From Macrostomum lignano (taxonomy: Eukaryota): DNA of 61,758 nucleotides. The stretch is from positions 1 through 61,758 of the forward strand of contig NIVC01004073.1 in the NCBI GenBank assembly GCA_002269645.1. The letters are read 5' to 3'. The notes beneath the pieces are model-generated. The model was given only the letters and a program-made list of their open reading frames with translations. It was not told the DNA's origin and made no database searches. The position numbers and the translations under genes were made by a program. Shown one piece after another: positions 49,420 through 61,758 of the stretch. The stretch's first letter is position 1. Each line of letters opens with the position of its first letter.

Positions 49420-49945
49420 TCCCTGAGTCTCTGAATCCCTGAGTCCCTGAATGACCTGTGTCCCTGAATACCTGAGTCCCTGAATCCCTGAGTCCCTGAA
49501 TCCCTGAGTCCCTGAATTCCTGAGTCTCTGAGTCCCTGAATCCATGAGTCCCTGAATCCCTGAGTCCCTGAATACCTGTGTCCCTGAATCCCTTAGTCCC
49601 TGAATCCCTGAGTCCCTGAATCCCTGAGTCCCTGAATCCCTGAGTCCCTGAATCCCTGAGTCCCTGAATCCATGAGTCCCTGATTACCTGAGTCCCTGAG
49701 TCCACGAATCCTTGAATCCTGAATCCCTGAGTCCCTGAATCCCTGAGTCCCTGAATCCATGAGCCCCTGAATCCCTGAGTCCCTGAATCCCTGAGTCTGT
49801 GAATGAATCCTTGAGTCCCCGAATCCTTGAATCCTTGAGTCCCTGAGTCCTTGAATCTCTGAATCCCTGAATCCCTGAGTTCCTGAGTCCCTGAATCCCC
49901 GAGTTCCCGAGTTCTTGAGTCTGTGAATCCCTGAGTCCCTGAATA
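49420..49945. repeat. (CCCTGAAT CCCTGAGT)n 8/16-bp repeat
   Basis: Directly visible. Confidence 0.95.
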
Positions 49946-50684
49946 TTTGAAAACTGTGCAGAATCGGCAGCCCGTTGATTTCCCTTCAAAGCACCATGCA
50001 GTCACATGAATCACAGGAGTTCGTACTAGTGCTTTTTTCATAAACTCATCTCATCATCGGTGCCAGCCGGTCATGATTTAATTGAGCTGTCAATCGATAC
50101 ACCCGGAGTCCCGTCACGTCTCGAATCTGTCAGGCCTTCGTCTTGGCTAAATCTGGTTTTAGACGAGCCTTATTCTATCCAGGACCAGATATCAGAGCGC
50201 GCTATGAGGCTAAAATACTTCAATCGATACAGATAGGGAAGATTCAACATTTACTGTTCGCATCGAAGCTGTCAAAGCTGACTGCGCGCGGTAAAATAAT
50301 ATTTGGTCGCTGCTTTTATTTGCTGACAGATTGCAGCTGTCAGCAGCTGGGCCGGTATGAAAGCGCCGCTTAGATAACAGAGCCGCTGCCTCATCCAGAG
50401 AATGCATCAGCCTGAGAGCATAGCGACTAGACGCTCTCCCAACTGGCAAGCTGGGAGGATGCTGCCCAATAAAATGAAATGGAAATTTGCTCGTTGGCGA
50501 GTCCGCTTGAAACTAAAAAGTGGCACTCCAGCCTAGGGGCCCAGACAGTTCAAAACCGTCGGATCGACTTTGCCTGTCAAACTTGATGAGGTTCACTGGG
50601 GGCGTTTCAATTTTTCTTGAGCGTAGTATAGCATTGCCAATATGCTGATTTCTACTCCGTCAAAAATCGATGAGGTGGGGCCAT

Positions 50685-51020
50685 GGGGCTAAGGGTGTGA
50701 GGTGGGGAGGTGGGGCATCGGGGGTAAGGAATGTAGAGACAGAGATAGCAGCTGAGGGTGTGAGGTGGGGAGGTGGGCCATCGGGGATAAGGAATGGAGA
50801 GACAAAGATAGCAGCTGAGGGTGTGAGGTGGGGAGGTGGGCCATCGGGGATAAGGAATGGAGAGACAGAGATAGCAGCTGAGGAAGTGAGGTGGGGAGGT
50901 GGGCCATCGGGGGTAAGGAATGGAGAGACAAAGATAGCAGTTGAGGGTGTGAGGTGGGGAGGTGGGGCATCGGGGGTAAGGAATAGAGAGACAGAGATAG
51001 CAGCTGAGGGTGTGAGGAAT
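50685..51020. repeat. 63-bp minisatellite, about 5 units
   Basis: GCTGAGGGTGTGAGGTGGGGAGGTGGGCCATCGGGG...GAGACAAAGATAGCA has a period of 63. Confidence 0.92.
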
Positions 51021-51589
51021 GGAAAGACAGAATGCGATTCAATAATACTTACAAAACAAGCGTCTGTAATACAAAAATTCATCAAATACCTCCTCAGTAT
51101 ATATTTAGAAACCAGGGGATTAACTTTGCGTCTATACTGATAAGAAGAGACATATAAGCAATGAGGTTTCGAAAATAAACCATTGGAAAGTAGCAGTTGA
51201 CGGATGGACTCAACTTCAATTAGACCTCAAGACCTGAACGGGGAGTTCTCAGAATAGTGAGTCGGAATAGCGATCCCGACTGATGGATGGATTTTCAACA
51301 AATCTCATTCGGCCGAGAAGCTTTTTATTTAATTAACCTGATCTCAAATGCGAATCTAAGCTGCTTCAGGTGTCCATTTCAGTCAGTTGATTCCTTGCCG
51401 TTTTTCTCCTGGGATCAGAGAAGTCCGCAGCTGATGGATGGGGCGGCTTGGTGGCACTTTTAGTGCAGATTGACCCAAAAGTGCTTATTGTTACTCCACT
51501 GGGTATTAGTTAGCGGCAAAACAGTGACACACTGAAAGTTTTAAGCGAAATTACCCTCTGAATTCGGGGGTGGGTCAGGAACTGAAGAT

Positions 51590-52492
51590 TCGGAGGTGGT
51601 GGGTCAGGAACCGGGGATTCTAAGGTGGGTCAGGAACCGGGGATTCTAAGGTGGGTCACGAACCGGGGATTTTAAGGTGGGTCACGAACCGGGGATTTTA
51701 AGGTGGGTCAGGAACCGGATATTCTGAGGTGGGTCAGGACCGGATATTCTGAGGTGGGTCAGGAACCGGATATTCTGAGGTGGGTCAGGAACCGGATATT
51801 CTGAGGTGGGTCAGGAACCGGATATTCTGAGGTGGGTCAGGAACCGGATATTCTGAGGTGGGTCAGGAACCGGATATTCTGAGGTGGGTCAGGAACCGGA
51901 TATTCTGAGGTGGGTCACGAACCGGGGATTTTAAGCTGGGTCACGAACCGGGGATTTTAAGGTGGGTCAGGAACCGGATATTCTGAGGTGGGTCGGAACC
52001 AGATATTCTGAGGTGGGTCAGGAACCAGATATTCTGAGGTGGGTCAGGAACCGGATATTCTGAGGTGGGTCAGGAACCGGATATTCTGAGGTGGGTCAGG
52101 AACCGGATATTCTGAGGTGGGTCAGGAACCGGATATTCTGAGGTGGGTCAGGAACCGGATATTCTGAGGTGGGTCACGAACCGGGGATTTTAAGGTGGGT
52201 CACGAACCGGGGATTTTAAGGTGGGTCAGGAACCGGATATTCTGAGGTGGGTCAGGAACCGGATATTCTGAGGTGGGTCAGGAACCGGATATTCTGAGGT
52301 GGGTCAGGAACCGGATATTCTGAGGTGGTCAGGAACCGGATATTCTGAGGTGGGTCAGGAACCGGATATTCTGAGGTGGGTCAGGAACCGGATATTCTGA
52401 GGTGGGTCAGGAACCGGATATTCTGAGGTGGGTCAGGAACCGGATATTCTGAGGTGGGTCAGGAACTGAAAGTTTCGGACGTGGGTCAGGAA
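51590..52492. repeat. 26-bp minisatellite
   Basis: GAGGTGGGTCAGGAACCGGATATTCT with the variant AAGGTGGGTCACGAACCGGGGATTTT. Confidence 0.96.
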
Positions 52493-54509
52493 CCGCGGAC
52501 TCCGAAGCAGATCACGATACAGAGATTAAAGACTTTATGAGCAAGCTTTCTTCAAGCACCCATTTATGAGATCAGCAGAAAAAGTGTGAAGTTGGCTAGA
52601 CAAAAATGAATTGCCGAGTTATTAACGATCTTGCTATCTCGCTATCAAAAGAGGAGCGGATCGAGACTGAACTGAGGTGTAGGGATAGATAAGCACTTGG
52701 GGTGAGCATTTTATAGCCCTACTCAAAGCCTTGATCCAGCCAAGCTCTTCCTTGCACCAGCTCCGCACCGAATATTATTGAGCTCGAATAGAAACTTCGA
52801 GTCGAGAAGAAAAAAGCTCGAAAAGTTTGCAAGTTTGATCCCACTACGAAGAAAATCCCAGCCTGTGCTTGAGTTTACTCACTAGCTAAGCTAACTGCAA
52901 TCCCCTTTCTCCTCTCTCCTTTTCTTCCTCACTCGAATGCACTTATTAAAGTGTCGTGAAATCGCCAAAAATTAGGTTAAAAGTGAGCACTCTTTCATGG
53001 GCTAGGTATGGCCAAGTCTGAGCTGCAAAGCACTGCAGATCCGACAGTGCATTACTCGCAGACAAAATAATGTCCTTACAGTGCATGGCCTTTGCACTAA
53101 TCCTCTGTTGCAGATTCCATCTCCATCTCGGGCTGGTGATTGCGTTTCGGCAAAAATAGATGCTGCACAGATGGATCTGCGGAGAGAACGCGCCTCCCAT
53201 GTCAATTTCGCGTCAAAGCTACCCGGCAGTCTCCTCTGTATTATTCAAGCTCGCGACTTCCCCGATTCGAAAAAATTAATGGAAATTTTTCTCCCTGGAA
53301 TTGGCGCCTGAAAAAATTTCCATATATTGCGAAAAGAGCCTCGTTGCTCCCGGAAGCGGCTGACACCGACACCGGCTGGGGACCTCCGCCTCAGGGGGGG
53401 GGGGGGTCAGGAGCCGAGGCGAGGGGACTCCAGGATTCCAATCGATTTTTCAGGCCAGCTTGTTCAACAGAATCGAAGCGCAATGTCCAGAGGGAGACCA
53501 AGACAGACAGCCAGAAAACCAGGAAGGAGATTGCTTGGGCAGAGGCGCGAGATTTCAACTTAAAGAATTTCCACTCTTGCTTTCAGAAGAAAAGAAGCCG
53601 TTATTCTTGTGCGTCACAATCTGCCGCTGTGCTGTAAAATATTTAAAGAGAAGTGCCGCCAACAAAAGAGAAAAGTGTTTTTCTTTGTTACTTTAAAAGC
53701 CAAAAACACCTTTCGCGGCAGTCATTTCTCAAGTCTATAATTTATTGCCCCGATGCTTGGACTCTTTTAGCTAAAAATCAAAAAAAAATTTTTCTTTTCA
53801 TGGATATTTACCTAATATTCTGTTCACGCCACTGTCAGTAGAATGGAAAGGATGTTGATGGCGAAAAAAAACGAATCGATACAAAATTTCACCATTTTGA
53901 AAACCCATTTAGGTCATCATTCAATCAAAAAAGGTGAGAGGAAAAGTGCTTCTTTCCTGTGTCATGACTTTCGAGACTGAAATGTTTATCCCATTTCCAT
54001 GAAAATATAAGTTTCAGTTTTATAGAATCCAGTCATTAAGTAGTTTGAGAATTGCAGCTCAGAAACAGCAGAATCGAGGTGGACAGACGTCTCAGGAGGG
54101 GGAGGTCGCAATAAAATATTAATAATCTTTTAGCGGATATAAAAATTGACGGCCTTGGAGACTCGCGTGCAACTTCATCTTCGCCATTTTGAGCACTAAT
54201 TGAGTAGCTCCGGGATCCCAGGTGGAACGGAGCGCTGGGAGCTGATGGCGGGGGTAGCACCGGATGCAGCTGCTGCCTAGAATTTTTTGTGTTGATGGCT
54301 TGGTTCAGGGACACCGCGAGCTAGACATCCGGGCAGGAAGTTGAGCTCTGCAGCAAGGAAAGAGTGATGGTCCGGATGTATTATTCTCAAATCGAACTAG
54401 CTAAATGGGATCTATGATCCCCAAATCGAACTCAGTGAGACTTATGATCCCCAACTCGAACTCAGTGAGACTTATGTCCTTTGAGTGCCAGCATTATATT
54501 CCAAATATT

Positions 54510-54651
54510 CCATTTTACAGCTGGGTTGAACTGAAGCAATGCAGAGTTGAGTGTCTTGCTCAAGGACACAAATTGTTCCAGTGGGATCTGGAATCGAACC
54601 CCTAACCTTCAAGTCATGAGTCCGACACTTTAACCGCAAAGCTACAACTTC
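54510..54651 (-). mobile_element. tRNA-derived SINE (CORE-like), copy 1
   Basis: The minus strand reads GTTGTAGC...GGGGTTCGATTCCAGATCCCACTGGAACAATTTGTGTCCTTGAGCAAGACACTCAACTCTGCATTGCTTCAGTTCAACCCAGCTGTAAAATGG: a B box plus a CORE-like domain. Confidence 0.8.
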
Positions 54652-55033
54652 AAGCCTCCAATTAAGAGCGCTCCAGACTCTCTGTCTCCAGTGCTCCCTG
54701 GCCGCTTTTCACTTCGTCCATTTCCGTCTCCAGGGAGGATGCTTCAGAGCAGGCATAAAAATATTATAAAGATCCAACTTATCCGGCCGTTCGTCATCCA
54801 AATCCACCTCCCTACGGTTAGGCATCCCAATGGGATCGTTCTCCCTTCCAGGCCGAGCCTTAGGAACTATAGGGACATTATTGTTGGGGCGCTGGCTGTA
54901 TGAAGAAATTGAAGAAATTCAATTTTTGCCGGGTGCGGGCCGGCTACTCATCAATCCTCAAGCCATGAAACGCACTAGCAAAGTACAATACTACTCGAAT
55001 ATATGATAATAATGCGAATGTATAATAATAATA

Positions 55034-55200
55034 AGGGGTTGTAGCCTAGTGATTATAGCGTCGGACTCACGACTGAAAGGTCAGGGGTTCGATTCCCGAT
55101 CCCACTGGAACAATTTGTGTCCTTGAGCAAGACGCTTAACTCTGCATTGCTTCAGTTCCCCAGCTGTAAAATGGGTGCCAGCATTAGCTGGGGTAATTGA
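55034..55200 (+). mobile_element. tRNA-derived SINE (CORE-like), copy 2
   Basis: A box TAGCCTAGTGA, B box GGTTCGATTCCC (55086-55097), then GTGTCCTTGAGCAAGACGCTTAAC...CCCAGCTGTAAAATGGG. Confidence 0.85.
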
Positions 55201-55548
55201 TAGTATGGGTGGCGACCCCCAGTCCCTGGACTGAACAGCCGTACGCAGCCTTCAGATGCGCGCGCAATAGCTGCGGCTGAGCTGTCGGTTGCACATCTGG
55301 CCATTAGGACAGTTGTAATGAAGTAATAATAATTGCAGCAGAGTTTTGGTCACTCTGGTGCGTCCCACAACCAGCACTGAGACGATTCTGCTCATTCTGC
55401 TGGCTCCTGAGCACATGCAAGCGCGCCAATGCTGTATGCAGACACGCACTCATGCACTGTACAGCGATCCCGACTATGTAATCGTGGTGTCGCGAGAGTC
55501 AGACATGTTCAAGGCTGCTACTCGACCATATACTCAAGCGAAACAGCC

Positions 55549-56303
<755 letters not shown>

Positions 56304-57092
56304 AGTGCATCAGTCAGACGAAAGTAATAGTTAAAAAGTACATCAGGGTTTTTTAGTAAGCGCGGCAGACCCGGAGTCTCCTAAAGAGAAATAGGAGACG
56401 AAATGGCCGGTGGCGAGCAGTTTTATGGCCCCCACTGAGAAAGAAATGTCCGGCCGAGTCTGATCGATAAAGGGAAGAGTTGGGATGGAATTACTAGCTG
56501 GCAAGATATTCCTAAGCTGCATTATAAGCTGGGAAATGAATCACTTTGGCTGGCCGCCATAGGCTCGGATATGGAGTACTAAAACTGGCAATCTGGAGTG
56601 GAAACTTGCTGACTTTTCATCCGGTTTTTATGCGAAAAAACCTTCGGCGCGGACAACAACGAGAAGAAGGACGCTGAGAGTGTACATGCCTGGATGATTA
56701 TAAAGTCATGCGCCGCTGTACACCTGTGTGAGCGTGTGTATGCAAGTCTGTGCCTGCGTACAGTCTTGGCGCGCTTGTTATGTGCTTGTATTTAAAACCA
56801 AAGATTTCTGTTTGGCTTACGGTTTAACGGGGTTTTTACCAGAGACGAGACTCATATAAAGAAAAATGCGACTAGAGAAGATGGCTGAGAGATACAGGAA
56901 CAGCTTCTGTTCCAGATTCTGTTGGAAAAGGATTGAGACTGGATCTCCAGATACCGGAACTAGAACTCCATGGTTCCAAGTGAGCAGTTAAAAGTCTCAG
57001 TTTCCTCACTGGAGAAGTGTCTCCGGACGGGACCAGCAGTGAGAACCGTTAAGTCACAAAGTAGAACTTCAACTCATTCGAACATCTGAAGA

Positions 57093-58263
57093 ATGGCGGA
57101 TGAACAAGGTAAGGTATTTAGAACCTGTGCGTGGATGAAATCATTGATTTATTTTAAACATTGCCAAACAACAACCAATCAAACATAACTTATTTGTGAC
57201 TTTTTCACTGGATGAATGAATGTGATGCTGCGATCTGAAACTCTAATTAAAAATTACAAAATTACTAACTAATTCAGTGTTACATATTGAATTATTGGGA
57301 CATTGCTTTCTCAGGGTTCCTTGAATGTCTTTATTATTACCGTATAAAGAGACGTAATTGCTGCTTTAAATTTACATGCTTGCATTGCTCTGGTTATTAA
57401 TTTTTTAAGCTGAAGCTGCTGAGCCTGAAGCGACTGAGCCTGAAGCGACTGAGCCTGAAGCGACTGAGCCTGAAGCGACTGAGCCTGAAGCGACTGAGCC
57501 TGAAGCGACTGAGCCTGAAGCGACTGAGCCTGAAGCGACTGAGCCTGAAGCGACTGAGCCTGAAGCGACTGAGCCTGAAGCGACTGAGCCTGAAGCGACT
57601 GAGCCTGAAGCGACTGAGCCTGAAGCGACTGAGCCTGAAGCGACTGAGCCTGAAGCGACTGAGCCTGAAGCGACTGAGCCTGAAGCGACTGAGCCTGAAG
57701 CGACTGAGCCTGAAGCTGCTAAAACTGAAGCGACTGAGCCTGAAGCTGCTAAACCTGAAGCGACTGAGCCTGAAGCGACTGAGCCTGAAGCGACTGAGCC
57801 TGAAGCGACTGAGCCTGAAGCGACTGAGCCTGAAGCGACTGAGCCTGAAGCGACTGAGCCTGAAGCGACTGAGCCTGAAGCGACTAAGCCTGAAGCGACT
57901 GAGCCTGAAGCGACTGAGCCTGAAGCGACTGAGCCTGAAGCGACTGAGCCTGAAGCGATTGAGCCTGAAGCGACTGAGCCTGAAGGGACTGAGCCTGAAA
58001 GGACTGAGCCTGAAGCGACTGAGCCTGAAGCGACTGAGCCTGAAGCGACTGAGCCTGAAGCGACTGAGCCTGAAGCGACTGAGCCTGAAGCGACTGAGCC
58101 TGAAGCGACTGAGCCTGAAGCGACTGAGCCTGAAGCGACTGAGCCTGAAGCGACTGAGCCTGAAGCTGCTAAACCTGAAGCTGCTGAGCCTGAAGCTGCT
58201 AAACCTGAAGCTGCTGAGCCTGAAGCGACCGAGGCCGAGGCTGCTGAACCTGAAGCAGCTTAA
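57093..58263 (+). CDS. Putative acidic pentapeptide-repeat protein MADEQA-EAA-(EPEAT)n, 2 exons, about 289 aa
   Basis: Exon 1 is 57093-57108 (ATG GCG GAT GAA CAA G|GTAAGG). The acceptor TTTTTTAAG at 57409 restores GCT in phase. About 54 15-bp units stay in frame without stops and end [15 protein letters not shown] at TAA 58261-58263. Confidence 0.55.
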
Positions 58264-59004
58264 ACAGCAGTTTCTCACATCCCTGAACTTTGATTCTGAT
58301 TATCTAATTATTAATCCTAGAGCGATGACTTTGGAGATTCCCCAGGGACCATCCATGCGGGGAGAGCTTTAAATTAATCTGCTTGACGGTCTCGCGTCAT
58401 TCGTGCTTCAATTTCAACTCTATCGCCTTATTAATCCGCAGTCTCCCTGCTAAAAATTACAGCCTAATTCTCTATCTGTTTAACCTGAATTCCCCGCTTT
58501 GCTTGCCACAAAGTTTTCTTGCACCACTTTGACAGCTTGCCAGACTGATTATTGCTTCGCTTTTTCACAATTCGGTTTTTTGATCTTTGCTGTTTTGGCC
58601 CTGTCGCAGTAGCTTACTGTGAGTAGTCTCGTTAGAATATTTGCAAATATTGTTGCTACAAAGACAAGAAACTTCTCTTGCTTTCTATATAAAAGAAATT
58701 ATATTCATGATAAAGTTTTACCGCCAATGCTTTCTGCTTAGCAATGAAAAGCTGGTTTCGCGCCTTCTTCGTGAATTTCTTCAAGTTGTAGAAATTTCTG
58801 CTGGACAGTAAAAGGAAAAAAGTTATTTGCATTTTTATTGCGCCATCCTTTATTATATATATCATATATCATACTGTTTACGCTCGTAACAACTATGCAG
58901 AAAATTTCGAAACTAATGGGGGGGCAGGAAGCGTCGAGGATATATTGACTTAGCTGCAGGGGGCATCGTCCGGCGCAGTCGAGAATGTCAGGAAGCATAA
59001 AAAT

Positions 59005-59352
59005 GTCAGGAAGCATTAGCAATGTCAGGACAAAGAAACATGTCAGAAAGCATTAAATGTCAGGAAGCTTAAAAAATGTCAGGAAGCGTCAAAAATGTCA
59101 GAAAGCGTTGGAATGTCAGGAAGCGTTTGGAATGTCAGGAAGCGTTGGAATGTCAGGAAGCGTTTGGAATGTCAGGAAGCGTTTGGAATGTCAGGAAGCG
59201 TTTGGAATGTCAGGAAGCGTCGAGAATGTCAGGAAGCGTCGAGAATGTCAGGAAGCGTCGAGAATGTCAGGAAGCGTCGAGAGAATGTCAGGAAGCGTCG
59301 AGAATGTCAGGAAGCGTCGAGAATGTCAGGAAGCGTCGAGAATGTCAGGAAG
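59005..59352. repeat. 19/20-bp minisatellite
   Basis: GAATGTCAGGAAGCGT(TTG/CGA) repeated. Confidence 0.95.
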
Positions 59353-59405
59353 CGGCTCATAATGGATTAAATTAATTAGCTATTTATATCATCCAGAACA
59401 GCCGT

Positions 59406-59474
59406 CAGTGGCAGATCAGAGTTTTCCCGGGGGGTCAGCCGACCCCTTGACCCCTCCCCCTGGATCGGCCCATG
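59406..59474. mobile_element. Possible tiny degenerate palindromic MITE
   Basis: CAGTGGCAGATCAG...GGGGGG...CCCCC TGGATCGGCCCATG has imperfect inverted ends. Confidence 0.3.
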
Positions 59475-60248
59475 CTCGCCGTTTCAAAAAGCCGTAGGAA
59501 CACGCGCTGCTGGTGAGTAAGGCGGCGCACAGACGGCTTGAATTTGCTTAGTAAAAACCCGATCTGCGGCGCGTGACAAAGCGAGTCAGGGCAGAAATTC
59601 CCAGTGGAATTTTGGCAGTTTTTCTATTGTCAACTTTGGCCTTTACATCGTATTCTGCTGCTCAAACTGATTGAATAGCCGCAAACAAGGAGTTCTAAGT
59701 CTAATTATTTGCAAACGTATTCAAAGCTGTTCGCGCACAAGCACGCAGGTCTCATTCTACTGGTTTCTACTGAATAGTATTGTCTGTCGTTTATTTCGTC
59801 CAAAATCTTTGCTCATTAGCTTTGGACATTGCTGAAAAATCCGAGCCTGAAAGAGTATTAAATTGAGTACTCAGTCGAGTACAGTGCAGTTGTATGGTCA
59901 TACCTAGCAGCAGAGCTATAGTTGCGGGTATACTGTAGATATTGTAGGTCAGCTGAAGACACACACACACACACACACACACCTGCCTGCCTATGTGCCT
60001 GAAAGTCGCATTCGCGTCTCTTCCAGCGCTTATCGATGCCCGAACGAGCGACTGATAAGAAAAAGGGCGATTGGAACAGCTAGCATGGGAGCAGCTTGGG
60101 CTGGCACTATCAGGGGGGGGGGGTTCTTATCTCACTAAGGCCCAACCTCAACAACAAATCGAGTTAGGAAATCTTAGAAAAGCCAGCAGAGCGAAGCGTC
60201 AAGAGGCAAAAATTCGAGTCAACCGCTCTAAGCCAGACTGCTGCAGTT

Positions 60249-61338
60249 ATGTCCTTCTTCCGGGCGCCCAGCGAGTCCAAAGGCTTCGAACTAGATGACG
60301 GAGCCGGGAGTCTGGACGCGCAGCCGCGCAGGACGGCGCCAAGCGTGACCGGCGCCAGCTCAGCGGCCGGTGGCAGCGTCGCCGCCCGCTCGCACATCAC
60401 CAAGGCCAGCCGCTACACTCAGCAGACATTCACGAATACCGCTAGCGAGTTGCCCGACCGTCGGCCGGCTCTGGTGCGCGAGGCGAAGCGTTCCTGATGT
60501 ACCTGTACAACCCTGAGTCGGGAACCATTCTCGACCGCACACTGCCGCAATTCTTCGCTTTGATGCTATCCTACTTCATATTTTACTCCCTCATCATTGA
60601 TTCTGCTGATCATCAGCTACGTGATCTTCTCATTCTTAGTTATCAATGAGGACACGCCGCACCTCACTGGAGAGCAGAACGTCCTGCGCCTCTCGCCAGC
60701 TCTGGCCATGCGACCGGTGCCTGACTTCATGGGCACGCTGATTCGCTTCAGGCAGACCCGGCGGAGAGTTACCTGATCTACACCACCCACCTGCAGGCCT
60801 ATCTGGATCAGTACGAGCTGTTTTACAACACCGAGCGCGATGTGAACATCGTGGATTGCAATATTGAGACGCAGGAGCGCGCAGCCCCGACCCGAACGAT
60901 CCGTGCCGTTTTCGAGCTCAGCTGGCTGGACCCGTGCAGCAAGCAGGGCTTCTTCGGCTATCCGCGCGGCTCGCCTGCGTCCTGCTGAAGCTGAACGAGT
61001 GTTCGGCTGGGTGCCCGACATCATCAGCAACAGCACCTCGTACAATATGCTTGTGCGCTGCGACGGGAGAACGGACACGGACAGGGAGAACATGGCCAAA
61101 TTAAGTACTACCCTTCGGAGACGATCAAAGGTGTGGAGTACGGCATCATGAGCCCTCTGTTTTTATCCCTACCTGACGCAGGTTGGTTACAGAAGTCCGC
61201 TCGTGGCGGCTCGATTCGTTAGTCCGAAGCGAAACGTGGTCATCATGGTGGAGTGCCGGGTGTACAATGTTCACAACGTGCGAACAACAAACGATTTGCG
61301 ATCTGATCGATTGGCGTTCGAGCTGCATGATTGACTAA
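60249..61338 (+). pseudogene. Na+/K+-ATPase beta subunit (nervana/ATP1B-like), intronless, many frameshifts (pseudogene or sequence errors)
   Basis: Frame-hopping translation gives FLMYLYNPESGTILDRT, a TM segment, SPALAMRPVPD, IVDC, CSKQGFFGYPRGSPCVLLKLNRVFGWVP, LVRCDG, FYPYLTQVGYRSPLVAARF, VVIMVECR and FEL-MID*. Several 1-nt indels are needed, mostly in short homopolymers. Confidence 0.85.
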
Positions 61339-61542
61339 ACTTGACTAAGCATAAATTTGCATTAACCGCAACTAGCCTTATGAATCACTGTAGACTGCTC
61401 ATTAGCTTGGCTTATTGACTTCTAATTATATACATATATGAGACATGTATACTACTTTCGAATAAACGTTAATGCAGCAAATTCATTGTGCGAAAGGTGC
61501 CTGTGTGTAGTAATTTTATATAATTATTAATAAATAACAAAT

Positions 61543-61758
61543 TACTGCCAAGCTGCAGCGCCCGTCCATCATCCTGCGCCGGCGGCGACTTCAACTGGCG
61601 GGCCACGCGATCCGGGCCGAGGGCTGCCCCCCGCCTTTTCAGGACGTCCTGCTGCTCACCTTGCAGGGCCCGTTCAGACGGGGTCAGGCCCAGACCCGTC
61701 GATATGTGGACTCCCACGCGACGCCGGGGCGCCCGACACTGCGAACGGGCGGACTTCA
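61543..61758 (+). mobile_element. 3' fragment of an RTE-like non-LTR retrotransposon, truncated by the window end
   Basis: SIILRRRRLQLAGHAIRAE...FQDVLLLTLQGPFRRGQAQTRRYVD matches the RT C-terminal pattern IRxRRLxxAGHxxR...GxRxRGRPxxRxxD. Confidence 0.7.

Noticed and set aside
55034-55110. tRNA-like sequence with A and B boxes
   Set aside because: It has no complete cloverleaf and continues into a SINE CORE-like body, so it was called a SINE and not a tRNA gene.
57397-58372. (RFRLS)n minus-strand and (LSLKR)n plus-strand ORFs
   Set aside because: Alternative frames of the same 15-bp repeat. Unit variants are non-conservative in these frames and they start at alternative codons, while the EPEAT frame has splice support.

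Overview
Eukaryotic (animal) genomic DNA. It has GT-AG introns, GC-rich exons, AT-rich intergenic DNA and a very high density of micro- and minisatellites. A free-living flatworm such as Macrostomum is my guess from gene and repeat style; this is inference only. Most long ORFs in the supplied track are tandem-repeat artefacts. Spliced models read by eye give these genes: a 170-aa FAMeT-domain protein with an MGCxxS N-terminus (-), a 71-aa secreted prohormone-like gene (+), MRI1 (+, one frameshift), an MPP7-like MAGUK (+), NDUFC2 (+), a cystatin (+), two near-identical ZNF706 copies (+), a two-pore TWiK K+ channel (-), a hidden two-exon gene for an acidic (EPEAT)n protein (+), and a heavily frameshifted Na/K-ATPase beta subunit (+). 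Mobile DNA includes a Penelope-like GIY-YIG fragment with a minimal hammerhead ribozyme, a 2-kb TIR element with a perfect 8-bp TSD, a decayed P-family transposase in a CpG desert, a 2.8-kb foldback-like satellite element, two inverted tRNA-derived SINEs and an RTE-like LINE 3' fragment. The best leads are the (EPEAT)n gene, the candidate neuropeptide precursor, the sense-intronic hammerhead, the CCAAT-box minisatellite at the ZNF706 duplicate and the apparent hypermutation of the P-element relic. All exon models and family calls were made by eye, without database searches.
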